A stretch of 63,872 nt of DNA, counting the filler, from Globobulimina sp. (lineage: Eukaryota): assembly GCA_003354225.1 (NCBI GenBank). It is 52 parts of 52 records of this genome, joined end to end, with 100 filler letters (N's around TTAATTAATTAA, not from the genome) between each part and the next. Parts side by side here need not be neighbours in the genome. Positions count along the whole stretch, not along the records: positions 11,080 to 12,210 come from PIVH01022747.1; positions 12,311 to 13,441 come from PIVH01022748.1; positions 13,542 to 14,672 come from PIVH01022749.1; positions 14,773 to 15,903 come from PIVH01022750.1; positions 16,004 to 17,134 come from PIVH01022751.1; positions 17,235 to 18,365 come from PIVH01022752.1; positions 18,466 to 19,596 come from PIVH01022753.1; positions 19,697 to 20,827 come from PIVH01022754.1; 44 more parts are not named here. One strand, written 5' to 3'. Numbering within the stretch: the stretch's first letter is position 1; every line of letters begins with the position of its first letter. Both the position numbers and the translations under genes were made by a program. Under the pieces are notes generated by a model. The model was not told the DNA's origin, did no database searches, and saw only the letters and a program-made list of their open reading frames with translations. Shown here in pieces: positions 11,080 through 22,159 of the stretch.

Positions 11080-12210
11080 CGAAGCAGCTGGTCTAGCCAT
11101 AGTTGTGACACCCGACGAAGAGGGGGCAGTGGACATGGGTACAGTAACCATATTAATCAAAAAAATCGTATTTACATGAGCCGTACTCGTGACCTCATTA
11201 GGACTAGTCTCCATTGGTTCCTCATGGTCCGAACCAAGAATCTCTTCCCTGGTCAGTTCTGGGTCGAGAATTTCTACATCGAGGGACTCTTCATCTCCTG
11301 AACCGAGAAGCGTTTTCTCGTCCATATCGGAGTCACTATCATCACTGGTATTTTTACGTTTACGATCTTTCGGTCCAGCATCCATTCTACTCGATACGAC
11401 AAATTTCCGTAAAGAGGTGGACACTCCGACCTTAACTCTGTCCTCTACCTTCTTCCCTACTATCGTACCTTTACGAGTGGTGACTCGGGTGGTGTTAGTA
11501 GTAACAGAGGGAGGCGCAGAATGAATTGAGAGCAATGATTTTGATTCTTCTGTATTTTCTCCACTTTTTGATTTCACCGTCCTCGGTGAAAGTAATTCGG
11601 GCAAATTGGAATAATATAAGTTCAAAATTTCCAAATGTGCACTTTTGAAAAGCCGAGCAGAATTGGAAACTAAAATAAGAATAATATTATTATCATCAAT
11701 TAACAAATAAGGGAAAATAGAAAAAGTAGACAATTTTTCAATTTGTTGGTTAGGAGCAAACGAAAGCACACGATGGTCAATAGAGAGTCGACTGTCTTCG
11801 GTCTCGTTTGTTTGGCTGTATGACTGAGTCGGTTTGAATTTGGCCTCAGCACTGGCTTTGTTGGCTCGCTCTACATAAGATCGCTGTAATGTATTGTCGG
11901 TCAGCTCGTCGCTGGCCGATTGAAAGCTAGGGACTGGTTTGTTGCCAATCGATGATTTATCGAACTTGGCTGGCTGACGTCCAAAGTGTAATAAATGGGG
12001 CATTAGGAGCGCCGAATTTTGGGGCGTTTGCTGAAAAGCTTCCACCATTTCTAATGCACGAATTCTAGATCCTGCACGCTACGACCATCTGAATCCGGTG
12101 GGAAAAGATAAGAAAGTTATAATCTTTTTCGCCCTAGTGTTTGGATTATTATTGCCAAGCGGAATCCTCTTACTAGTGGATGTACTAGACAATCGCATAC
12201 GTGAAAGAGA
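11080..12210 (-). mobile_element. 5' end of an LTR retrotransposon: LTR end, tRNA-Ser-like PBS, start of a gag-like ORF
   Basis: Minus strand reads ...TTCA-GA-TGGTCGTAGCGTGCAGGAT (12087-12069), followed by a long ORF with an acidic/basic low-complexity region (MDAGPKDRKRK...). Confidence 0.55.
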
Positions 12211-12310
12211 NNNNNNNNNNNNNNNNNNNNNNNNNNNNNNNNNNNNNNNNNNNNTTAATTAATTAANNNNNNNNNNNNNNNNNNNNNNNNNNNNNNNNNN
12301 NNNNNNNNNN

Positions 12311-13232
12311 TTCTGAATCACCAACAATTGTTACAAACGATCCATTTTTAGCCAATACTTTATATGCGTTATCCCACGAATCTGTACCTCCGACACAGTC
12401 AAATATGACATCATAATCTTCTCCTTTTAACTTGTCGTACCATATTGGAACGTTTTTATCTTTGTAATTTAGCACAAGATCAGCACCTAAACATTGACAA
12501 AATGTCACTTGCGACGAAGTTACAACAACTTTTGCAGCTCCATATAATTTTGCAATTTGTATTGCATAAACACCACAACCTGAAGAACCGCCAAGTATTA
12601 ATACCTTACAATCAATCAACAAACAAAATTATTGTACGTTAAATAACAAAAATCAATTCAAAAACAAGTACAAAAAGTTTTTCTAATTCTGAATATGTAC
12701 TTGTTTTTGTGTTTAATTAATATTTTACCTTTCCACCAGATTTAAAAGCACCTTTTTCCATAATTGCCTGATATGCAGTCATTGCGGATAAAGGGATGGA
12801 GGCTGCTTCATTTAATGTAATTTTATTGATTGGAAATGGTTTGCAATGCTCCGGTGTTATGCATATGTATTCTGCCAATGTACCATCATTCTCAAAATGG
12901 CCAATCATGCCACAAACAAATGTACCAATCTGTATACCGTTTAATTTGGTTGGAGTCACTTTGTGACCAATTTTAACAACACGTCCTGCAAAATCCCGAC
13001 CAGGAATCCATGGAAATCTTTTTTTCGATACCATTGATAACCATCCTTTCACCATCTTATAATCGACGGGATTTAATGCGGCAGAATATATTTGAACTAA
13101 TAATTCTTTTGGTTTTGGTTCGGGCATTGCGACTTCTATTAATTGTAATACATCTTTCGGTTCACCATACGCTGTGCATACGATTGCTTTCATCGTTTTT
13201 GATGCTGTATCTGTTTTTGTCTCTTCTGCCAT
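12311..13232 (-). CDS. MDR-family NADPH:quinone oxidoreductase-like protein (RTN4IP1-like), 3'-partial; intron 12605-12728
   Basis: AALNPVDYKM, IPGRDFAG, GTLAEY, AASIPLSAMTAYQA, VLILGGSSGCGVYAIQIAK, YDVIFDCVGG. Confidence 0.9.
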
Positions 13233-13543
13233 TAGCAAGGTTGAGGTACGTTAACAACAAAAACAAACTACAAACAGTTACTTTAGATGTACTTTATTTT
13301 ATATATGTACTTTAGTTACCTGTTAGGGGTTGTTCTTATATTGCGCAATATAAATTGAGACCTAGGACCTAGGTACCATGATATTGCAATTAAGGATGCC
13401 TAGACATGCGACCACTAAGCTCCTTTAAACTAGTCTATTGCNNNNNNNNNNNNNNNNNNNNNNNNNNNNNNNNNNNNNNNNNNNNTTAATTAATTAANNN
13501 NNNNNNNNNNNNNNNNNNNNNNNNNNNNNNNNNNNNNNNNNAT

Positions 13544-14644
13544 AATGAACGGAATGTAGTTAATATAAATTCAATTATGACCGGTCTAATAAATAATACT
13601 TATTATAAAAATGCTTTACTTTTATATGATAAATACAATAATAAATTATGTGATGATACAACTTATTTATTAGCAATAAAAGCATCGAAAAATAGTAATA
13701 ACTTTGAAAAAGGCAAACAAATCCATTGTGATATTGCATTGCAACAAATGTGTGTTCCAATTAAAAATTCCTTGATTGATTTTTATGGTAATTTTGGTGA
13801 AATTAAAACAGCAAAATGTATATTTCAATCTATTGATGATAACGAAAAAGATATTATCACTGCAAATGCTATGATGGAAGCATATTGTAATTGTGGTCTT
13901 AAAATGGAATGTTTGCAGTTATTCAGTACCTTATCATCACCAGATATCATATCTTATGCCATTGCCATAAAATGTTGTACTTATTACTCATTACAGGAAT
14001 TTGGTATTTATATTCATGACAAAATAAAACATAATAATGCACACTGTCACATGTTAAATCAAACGGAAATACAAATAAATTTAATCAATTTTTACAATAA
14101 TTGTGGAATGATAAATGAGTGCAAGCAAATATTTAATAATATACAGGATGAATTTAAAAATAATTCAATTATGACTGCAATGATTAATGCTTATGGCCAA
14201 AATAATGAATTAGAAAAAGCCAAATTGTTATTTGATGAATTGATTCACAAAAATGCACAAAATTATATGGTAATAATTAATGTGTGCAGTCATTGTGGTA
14301 ATATGGATTTAGCACTAAATATTTGGCAAAACATAATAAATAACGACGATATAAAGTTCGATAATAAAGTGATAACATCACTAATTGATTGTTATTCGCG
14401 GGTGGGAATGTTACAAAAAGCGTATGATTTGATATTTCAATTTGAAAATAGATACAAACAACAACAACAATGTTACGATGAGGTAATGTGGTGTTCCTTG
14501 TTAAGTGGATGTAGCAAATATAAAGACATTGGAATGGCACAAAAAGTTTATCAACAAATGGAACAAAGATTTTGTAATAAAAATGAATTCAAAAACACAA
14601 TGACATCGGCCTCTGTCTTATTAGCAAATACATTTGCTTCATAA
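13544..14644 (+). CDS. Pentatricopeptide repeat protein (PLS-like) ending in an E-domain-like segment, 5'-partial
   Basis: Repeats NSLIDFYG, NAMMEAY, TAMINAYG, TSLIDCYSRVG; C-terminal WCSLLSGC...SVLLANTFA. Confidence 0.9.
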   Translation, partial: NERNVVNINSIMTGLINNTYYKNALLLYDKYNNKLCDDTTYLLAIKASKNSNNFEKGKQIHCDIALQQMCVPIKNSLIDFYGNFGEIKTAKCIFQSIDDNEKDIITANAMMEAYCNCGLKMECLQLFSTLSSPDIISYAIAIKCCTYYSLQEFGIYIHDKIKHNNAHCHMLNQTEIQINLINFYNNCGMINECKQIFNNIQDEFKNNSIMTAMINAYGQNNELEKAKLLFDELIHKNAQNYMVIINVCSHCGNMDLALNIWQNIINNDDIKFDNKVITSLIDCYSRVGMLQKAYDLIFQFENRYKQQQQCYDEVMWCSLLSGCSKYKDIGMAQKVYQQMEQRFCNKNEFKNTMTSASVLLANTFAS

Positions 14645-14772
14645 AGTGTTTCCTTTAAGATTACTTCAACATNNNNNNNNNNNNNNNNNNNNNNNNNNNN
14701 NNNNNNNNNNNNNNNNTTAATTAATTAANNNNNNNNNNNNNNNNNNNNNNNNNNNNNNNNNNNNNNNNNNNN

Positions 14773-15903
14773 AAAATATATTGGTACTGTTTGATGGCAG
14801 AACAAAATATGACAGAAAACTTATTACCAAAATGTTTATGCAAATATCTATCGATAAAATAATCCACACTCAACATTTTATTATTATTTGTATCCATTTT
14901 GCATCTAACAAATATATCATTGAATAATGTAAGTAACGGCATATTATTATGTATACCGAGCCGTTGCGCAGTTATAATGTCTTGGAAAAACACGCTTTTA
15001 TCCCTTTTATTTTGTAATTTTGTAGTCCGATTCACAAATATATCTTTTATTCGTTTCTCTAAATCTTTTGGCTGACATTGGGTGTCTTTAAATGTCATAT
15101 TAAAATCAAAATCGTTTAGGGAATATTGCTTATATTCATAATTCTGTTCCTTTTCATCAATAGCATCTCCAGCGACGCTTAAAATGTTTGTTTCGTTCAT
15201 TGAATTTGCTGCATAAAACTTTTTTATTTTAGCAACGCTCAATCTTTGTAATATATCATTAAATGTATTTGGTGCAATTTTGTGCAGCTTTAACAATAAT
15301 TTATATCCCTCGTTTCTTGCATCACTCGAAGCGTCATTTATTAGTATCTTCACTGTTGTTTCAATGCGATTTAATAGCTCTTCTTCTTTTTCATTTGCAT
15401 CAACTTTCTGTTACAAACAGTATTACATATTATTATATATAAACTGCGCATTAATTCATAAAAACATATACCTCCAACAACGATACATTGCGCAGCACAA
15501 AATGAATAAACTCAGCCGCTTTACTTCTGACTGCTGCATGTTTTGAATTTATTAGCTCGGTCATTGTATGTAATAATAACCGGTCAGTATCAAATGGAAA
15601 ACACGCAAATATAATACTTTGTGACAACGCAATTCCCGCTTCGCGCACTGCCTCAATTCTTACTGTTTTCGTTTAATTTATATTAAAAATGAAATATTTG
15701 AGGCAACATATTATAATAAATCATACTTGGCCAAGTTTGTGATATTTGCCTTACAAAATATGCAGCAAAAAAACAAAACCTTTCCGGGTTACAAGTGCAT
15801 AATTTATTAATTTGTGTTTTCATTTCTTTTATAACTAAAGATCTTGTATCTGTGAATTGTAAATTTACACAATATAAAAATTTACACATTTTCAGTGCAA
15901 ACG
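14773..15903 (-). CDS. CLASP-like TOG/HEAT microtubule-binding protein, partial, two introns
   Basis: LQFTDTRSLVIKE, SKHAAVRSKAAEF, ILINDASSDARNEG; GT-AG introns near 15665-15726 and 15409-15471. Confidence 0.65.
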
Positions 15904-16004
15904 NNNNNNNNNNNNNNNNNNNNNNNNNNNNNNNNNNNNNNNNNNNNTTAATTAATTAANNNNNNNNNNNNNNNNNNNNNNNNNNNNNNNNNNNNNNNNN
16001 NNNA

Positions 16005-16685
16005 TCGTCAATCGCCGCGTTACAAATGAGAAATAATGCGCGTATTACCTTGGTTGGTTCACTCAAAATGCTCTCTGACGAATATTATGTTTCGCCCATA
16101 AAATCCAGCGTGGATAGCACCGAATATCCGCGTCCCGGCAACGAAGAGTTCATGGCGTTAATCAGTGCGTGGTCGTTTGGCGAACGTGGCATTTTGCGGG
16201 TAAGCAATGCCACACATCATCAACAGCCACAACATCATCGCGGCGAAGTGATCACTATCAATCCGACCCGGTATCGCATCAAAGATTTGGTGACATTTGA
16301 AGCAAACATTGAGGAATACTCACTTTCGTGCGACTGTTGGAGGCCTTTTACAGGCAATGATGTGCAGTTTGAATTTGTGCGGTTGGACTCATTTATAAGG
16401 CAAGAGATGGAGCACGATGGCAATGGAAAGTATAAAATTGATTTTATGCTACCGGATGTATTTGGAATTTATAAGTTCACCATAAATTATATGCGTAAGG
16501 GGTGGGGCTATTTATTTTATGAGCAATTGGTCTCAGTTCGGCCCTTTAGACATGATGAATACGATAGGTTTTTAACTACGGCGTATCCCTATTATTTTGC
16601 ATCTGCGTCCATGATTATTGGATTCGCGATATTTACATTGGTGTTTTTATTTGGTACGCATAGGAAAAAAAAAGTTTGGGATTGA
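16005..16685 (+). CDS. DDOST: Oligosaccharyltransferase 48-kDa subunit (OST48/Wbp1), C-terminal half
   Basis: QMRNNARI..GSL, YRIKD, DVQFEFVRLD, LPDVFGIYKF, VRPFRHDEYDRFL..AYPYY, C-terminal TM and lysine tail. Confidence 0.95.
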   Translation, partial: SSIAALQMRNNARITLVGSLKMLSDEYYVSPIKSSVDSTEYPRPGNEEFMALISAWSFGERGILRVSNATHHQQPQHHRGEVITINPTRYRIKDLVTFEANIEEYSLSCDCWRPFTGNDVQFEFVRLDSFIRQEMEHDGNGKYKIDFMLPDVFGIYKFTINYMRKGWGYLFYEQLVSVRPFRHDEYDRFLTTAYPYYFASASMIIGFAIFTLVFLFGTHRKKKVWD

Positions 16686-16871
16686 ATTATGATCGGAAAA
16701 TAGAGAAATATATATTGACAAATTTGATATTTTAGTTTTTTTTATTATTAATCATTTACCACAGTTGTAACTTAAGTTTTGTAGCATATGCATTGCAAAC
16801 ACGTACCTGTAATATTCTAGAAACGAAGGTTTTTATAATGGTTTTTTTTTTATTTCCCATTATAAAAAAAC

Positions 16872-17134
16872 ATGTCCACTGAGCGCTTTGCCGACCAAAT
16901 GCGATTTGTTGATGAATCCAGCAAGATGTTAATATCTCAGTTTGTCAGAAATGCACAACAATTACTTCCCACAGATGCTTATTATAATATTGTTCCATTG
17001 ATTAGAATGCTGGTTATTAAATTTTATTACAGCAATGAAATATTTGATAAATCACCAGATGTTATCAACATCAATAAAGAAGGAGATATTGTAAGTTATT
17101 CAACGGCATCAATATCGAGAAAAACAGTTTATGG
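16872..17134 (+). CDS. Protein with the recurring 'GYIR..IP..FY'-type N-terminal motif, probably followed by SPRY (3'-partial)
   Basis: LISQFVRNAQQLLPTDAYYNIVPLIRMLVIKFYY. Confidence 0.6.
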
Positions 17135-17603
17135 NNNNNNNNNNNNNNNNNNNNNNNNNNNNNNNNNNNNNNNNNNNNTTAATTAATTAANNNNNNNNNN
17201 NNNNNNNNNNNNNNNNNNNNNNNNNNNNNNNNNNTACATCTTTCAGCATGACAGTTAACACTGGAAAAGACCCAGGAAAAGACCCAGTTTATCCAGTTCT
17301 CTAGTAAAATCAAGTTGATAATTCACAGATAGTTTTGCATTTAGGCTTTGTAGTTGGTCCATAATAATTTGTTAATTGATTTCGGCGCATACAACTACAG
17401 ACAAAGATTTTATTTATGTACGTTTCGACACGTCCATGCGTGTCTTCATCAGCAATATACAAACACCTAGAAAAGACAAGACAGATAGTTTTGGCGACAT
17501 ACAAACATGGCAATAGAGACAACTGATAGGAATGTCTGGACAGGCACATGCATTTACAACAGTCAAAAAATAAGTAGGTATTTACATACATAATACTTAA
17601 ATT

Positions 17604-18365
17604 TCAAACAGCCGATTCGGCCACTGGGCCAGCTGCACCTCTATTGTCGCCAGTGGGTTTCGATCTGGCACCAGTTTCACGCTTCCATGGTGTCACTTGA
17701 GTAACAGTCGTTTCTGACTTGCAAAACAACACCATGGACATATGTTTTCTAACTACAGAACTAGACAAAAGGATCAAATATGGGTTAACCCATGAAAACA
17801 CATCTAACAACACCGTATAAATATTGATATTACGAATTTGAGCCTCAACATCTTTCGAGTTAGACATGGCATAAGCATAATAACCGAACACAGCTAACAG
17901 CACAAAAAGAACGAAACCAAAAAATGCTAATTTTATGTCAGAATAGAGCATGGAACTCTGGCTGATCACTGATGCGATTGACTTCAACTCATGTCTTACT
18001 GTCCAAAAGACCATGGTATAACAGATGGCGCAGATAATCAACAATGCAACGATCACGCCAATCAGAAAGTTGAAGTATCGAAGCTGAAATTAAACTAATA
18101 TTACTTATTAAGTTAGTATCTTTTGTATTCAAGTACTGACATAATTAGCAATGTGTTTACGGATACTGAAGTGAGTTTACGTCATAGCTTCAGTTCACAG
18201 GAATTTGTGGTCATGGTCATTTGCAATGGTTAAGGTTGGTGACAGATCATTGGAAACCAAACCATTCCCACCACCCAATGGAGCTCCACCAAAGCAGAAG
18301 GTTCTAGCGGGAGAGTAGGAAGAGCAGAACGAGCCTCTTTCCGTTTAGTCGTGTCATTTGTCCAC
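17604..18365 (-). CDS. Nematode-type serpentine chemoreceptor (Srg/Srv-like), 3' part; intron 18084-18140
   Basis: Multiple TM helices; TM7 DVFSWVNPYLILLSSSVVRK; TTTCAG acceptor. Confidence 0.6.
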
Positions 18366-18465
18366 NNNNNNNNNNNNNNNNNNNNNNNNNNNNNNNNNNN
18401 NNNNNNNNNTTAATTAATTAANNNNNNNNNNNNNNNNNNNNNNNNNNNNNNNNNNNNNNNNNNNN

Positions 18466-19596
18466 ATATTTTTTAATTAGCAATTCCGGTATAATAAGTA
18501 CACTCATTAAAGAACCCCAAATTAATAATTTAAATTCAAAATCGCCGTGCCACAAAGTGGTGAATACAAAGACAAAAATTATATTTCTAAATTGATATAA
18601 AATATGCTTTACTTTGGAGCCACCAAACGGAATATAAATATATCGGACATTCCATAAATTAAAACTTGAATGCCAGTATCGCCAAAATCCGATAATTGAT
18701 GTTTGATGAAATACGCATCTTATCATATTTTCAGGAGCCACAATGCCATCGCATAAAGCAATAAATCTTTGATAGCGCCAAATTAGTAAAAATTTAGCCC
18801 ATAAAAATAAAATACAAAAATAACAGTACAATGATAAATATATTATTTTCAGACCGTACTCGTAATCTGTTGCACATTCATCCAAATACAATGGGAATGG
18901 CTTATGTTGAGACATTAGTGGAATGTAAATAAAATGTGACATATACTCAGTAAACATAAATATGAATAGAAATCTTATCAAATATAAAATAATTGAGACG
19001 TATTTTAAATCGGTAAATGAATATGGATTTGTCGATGAAATATTTGCTTTAATTTGAGAGATCCAGTCATGAAAAGATATGATTGGTCCGGTAAAATTTA
19101 ATGGAACATATAATGTATAACCAAAATAATTTAATAAAGTATAATCCTTTATATTTTCAACATTGCTGCTAAATTTAGATTTATATATATTTTGATGCAC
19201 AAAATTATATCGTAGGTCCATATTAAAACTGATACAGCGTAGCAGTATGAATCTAAATGTTTGCGTAAATCACATTCTTTGTCGTATTAATCCATCCACC
19301 CATTTTAAATTTGGATGAATTAAGTATTCAAAGCTCCAGTATATGCGATCAATTTTAATTAGTAAAAATACAATCAACATATTAACGATCCACGAAATTA
19401 TATTCTCATATTTATATTTGTACGTTTTTTTGTAAATAAAATAATTAATTAACATTACAAATAAAATGAAGGTCGCTGTTGTGCCATGAAAATAATATGT
19501 GACCGGGATATTAATCGACACATAAAAAAGTACTAAAAATCTGCTTAAATATGATGTTAAGGAATGATTATTTGATTTGTCAATTTTAATGTATTA
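18466..19596 (-). CDS. MBOAT acyltransferase, GUP1/HHAT-like, with an in-frame TGA at 19270-19272
   Basis: LLRCISFNMD, YVPLNFTGPIISF, APENMIRC, FWRYWHSSFNLWNVRYIYIPFGG, LWHGD; the two listed ORFs share one frame. Confidence 0.85.
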
Positions 19597-19778
19597 NNNN
19601 NNNNNNNNNNNNNNNNNNNNNNNNNNNNNNNNNNNNNNNNTTAATTAATTAANNNNNNNNNNNNNNNNNNNNNNNNNNNNNNNNNNNNNNNNNNNNCCCT
19701 TGTATACCGAAAATTGAAAATTCAATTATAAATTTGTTCTCGATTTGCAAACCCAAGACAAAGTTATAACAAACACAA

Positions 19779-19891
19779 AACAAACCCAAGACAAACCTAT
19801 AGCAAACTGTTTCTGGATTTGCAAAATATCAATTGAATTAAATGTATACAACTTATCGACCAGGGTGGTTATCTTTTGGAATATATCGTTA
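19779..19891 (+). repeat. Dispersed repeat also present at about 22921-23011
   Basis: Shared AACAAACCCAAGACAAA..AGCAAAC.GTTTCTGGATTTGCAAA and CTTTTGGAATATATCGTT. Confidence 0.75.
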
Positions 19892-20144
19892 ACACAATAC
19901 ACAACAACTCAAAAGGCAAGCAAAATGACGAAAGAGTTAGTCAGTTAGTGTGGTCATCGGGAATGTCTATCAACCAAAAGAGAACAGACAATAAAAGTTG
20001 TAATAATAATATAGCATCGAGCATGAAAACCATAAAAAAAAAATATAAACAACGCAATAATCTAACACAGACTCAACAAACACGACAGAAAGAAAAAAAA
20101 AGCAAAATCAAAATCATCCAAACCAAAACCCAATATTCAACACG

Positions 20145-20647
20145 TTATGAATTATCATTTGCAAAAGTTTTCCATGATTTCCACCATGCCGCTTTCTTGG
20201 GTTTTCCACTATCTCTTTTCTCCTTTTTCTCGACAGATTTGTTATTCGATGCTTTGGCTCGCCCCGCTTTCTCTTTTTTATTCAAATATTCCTGAGTCTT
20301 ATACTTGGCGATATAAAAAGCCTCGATGGCTCGCCTTAAATTCCAATCCGATTTCTCTAATATCCGTGTTACAGTCGCATCGTTCAAAGTTGTTATGGAT
20401 TTAAGAATTAACACTTTGGTTTGTCTCGCTCTCTCCGCATGAATCGCCTTATCCATCATAGCAGATTTCACATTGCATCGCTGTAATATCACTCTGCCAT
20501 CACCAGCATGCAAACTCAACCATCCATTATGTGGCGAGGAGACACGACATCGACGGCCATCTATCTCGTCCACAGTCACCACAGTGCCTATTGGCAATTT
20601 ACACACCTCGCCGGAGGTCAACTCCTTACCTTTCTTGCATAAGGCAC
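20145..20647 (-). CDS. SH3b-like domain plus UBA-like domain protein (last exon)
   Basis: GALCKKGKELTS..LPIGTVVTVDEIDGRRCRV..GWLS, then ITTLNDATVTRILEKSDWNLRRAIEAFY. Confidence 0.6.
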
Positions 20648-20927
20648 CTAAACACAACATATACACACAAATTGTTCACAATTCATTGTCTATTTCAGTT
20701 TGAAGCCAAATATTGCAGTTTCAAACTGAAATTATATAGTTTTTCACTGTCGGTACGCAAATTCGCACAAAAAAAAGGGAGCCAGACCCGGATGGATAAC
20801 GACCCTATATTTTGCCGGAAACTTGGCNNNNNNNNNNNNNNNNNNNNNNNNNNNNNNNNNNNNNNNNNNNNTTAATTAATTAANNNNNNNNNNNNNNNNN
20901 NNNNNNNNNNNNNNNNNNNNNNNNNNN

Positions 20928-21044
20928 ATAATCTGTAAAAAACTGTAAATTCAAAGAGTTTACAGTAAAAACAGTAATTTCAAACTGAAAAGCAAAAAGT
21001 TAAATGTTACCTTTAACATTTTATTATTAACCTATTTTCCTTCC
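20928..21044. mobile_element. Right half of a ~210-bp MITE-like element with 32-bp TIRs (left half at 24404-24520)
   Basis: 21013-21044 is the reverse complement of GGAAGGAAAATAGGTTAATAATAAAATGTTAA at 24404-24435; the two contig ends overlap by ATAATCTGTAAAAAACTGTAAAT. Confidence 0.7.
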
Positions 21045-21257
21045 TTTCAGTTTCGATTTCAATTTCATTGGCATTTATGGTTAGATTTTGCAGTTCGGCC
21101 GTGATAGTCTCAAACTCGTCCTCGTTCATACTACTATGGCCCGAACTTTGACTGCTCTCTCCCGAACTCGACAGTGACTGAGACTGTGAGGTCGAGTGAG
21201 AGTGAGAGTGACTCTCTGAATTGTCACAGACGATCAATTTGTTGAAAGGAGTCAAAG

Positions 21258-21683
21258 CAAACCGTTGATGATATCATTGTTGGAATATGGCAATAATCAT
21301 TGCACATTTTTTAAAGGATGAAAAATCATCAAAAAAATCATTAATTATTAAATGCTACCAAAAAAACGCACAAAAACCAAAATAAATCGCTTAAAAAACA
21401 AAAAAATCGCAAGTTTCAATACAATCCTATCAAAAAAAGCAGTTTTACATATTTTTTGTGTGTTTTACGTGTTTTTGCAAACGGCAAAAAAAAATACCTA
21501 CTGTAAATGTCTCACAGATCATCAAAAAAAATACCTAATTTTTGACAAAATCATCGAAAATGTATCAAATACCTAATTTTTGACAAAATCATCGAAAAAA
21601 TCATTGTTGTAATTTGCCAATATTCCCAAAAATCATCAATGATATCATTTTAATGATTTCATGATGATATCATCAACGGTTTG
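21258..21683. mobile_element. 426-bp non-autonomous element with 20-bp perfect TIRs
   Basis: CAAACCGTTGATGATATCAT ... ATGATATCATCAACGGTTTG; internal ~31-bp direct repeat; no TSD seen. Confidence 0.65.
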
Positions 21684-21801
21684 GACTACATATATGTGTA
21701 CATAGAAATTTGATCATATTTATATATGATCACACGACTACATATATATGTGTACATAGACATTTGATCATATCTATATATGATCACATGACTACATATA
21801 T
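21684..21801. repeat. Tandem repeat, ~53-bp unit, about 2.2 copies
   Basis: GACTACATATATGTGTACATAGA.ATTTGATCATAT.TATATATGATCACA repeated. Confidence 0.8.
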
Positions 21802-22159
21802 CCGCACATGACACATCACCACAAAAAATCATACGAGTTAGCCTAAGGTTTCTATACATTTGACTACTTAGTTAGTGACTTAGTTACTCGAGTTGTTTAT
21901 ATTCGACTATGTATGACTGTATGAAAGTAGATGCTAGAGTTTCCCACGTGCCAAAAGGCCACCTTTGAGTGCTCAAGCGTTGAATCATTAAGTATCCTGT
22001 CTGAATATTCCGCTTAGTATGCTGACACAGTGTCATAATCTATCAATAAACTATTATTNNNNNNNNNNNNNNNNNNNNNNNNNNNNNNNNNNNNNNNNNN
22101 NNTTAATTAATTAANNNNNNNNNNNNNNNNNNNNNNNNNNNNNNNNNNNNNNNNNNNNG

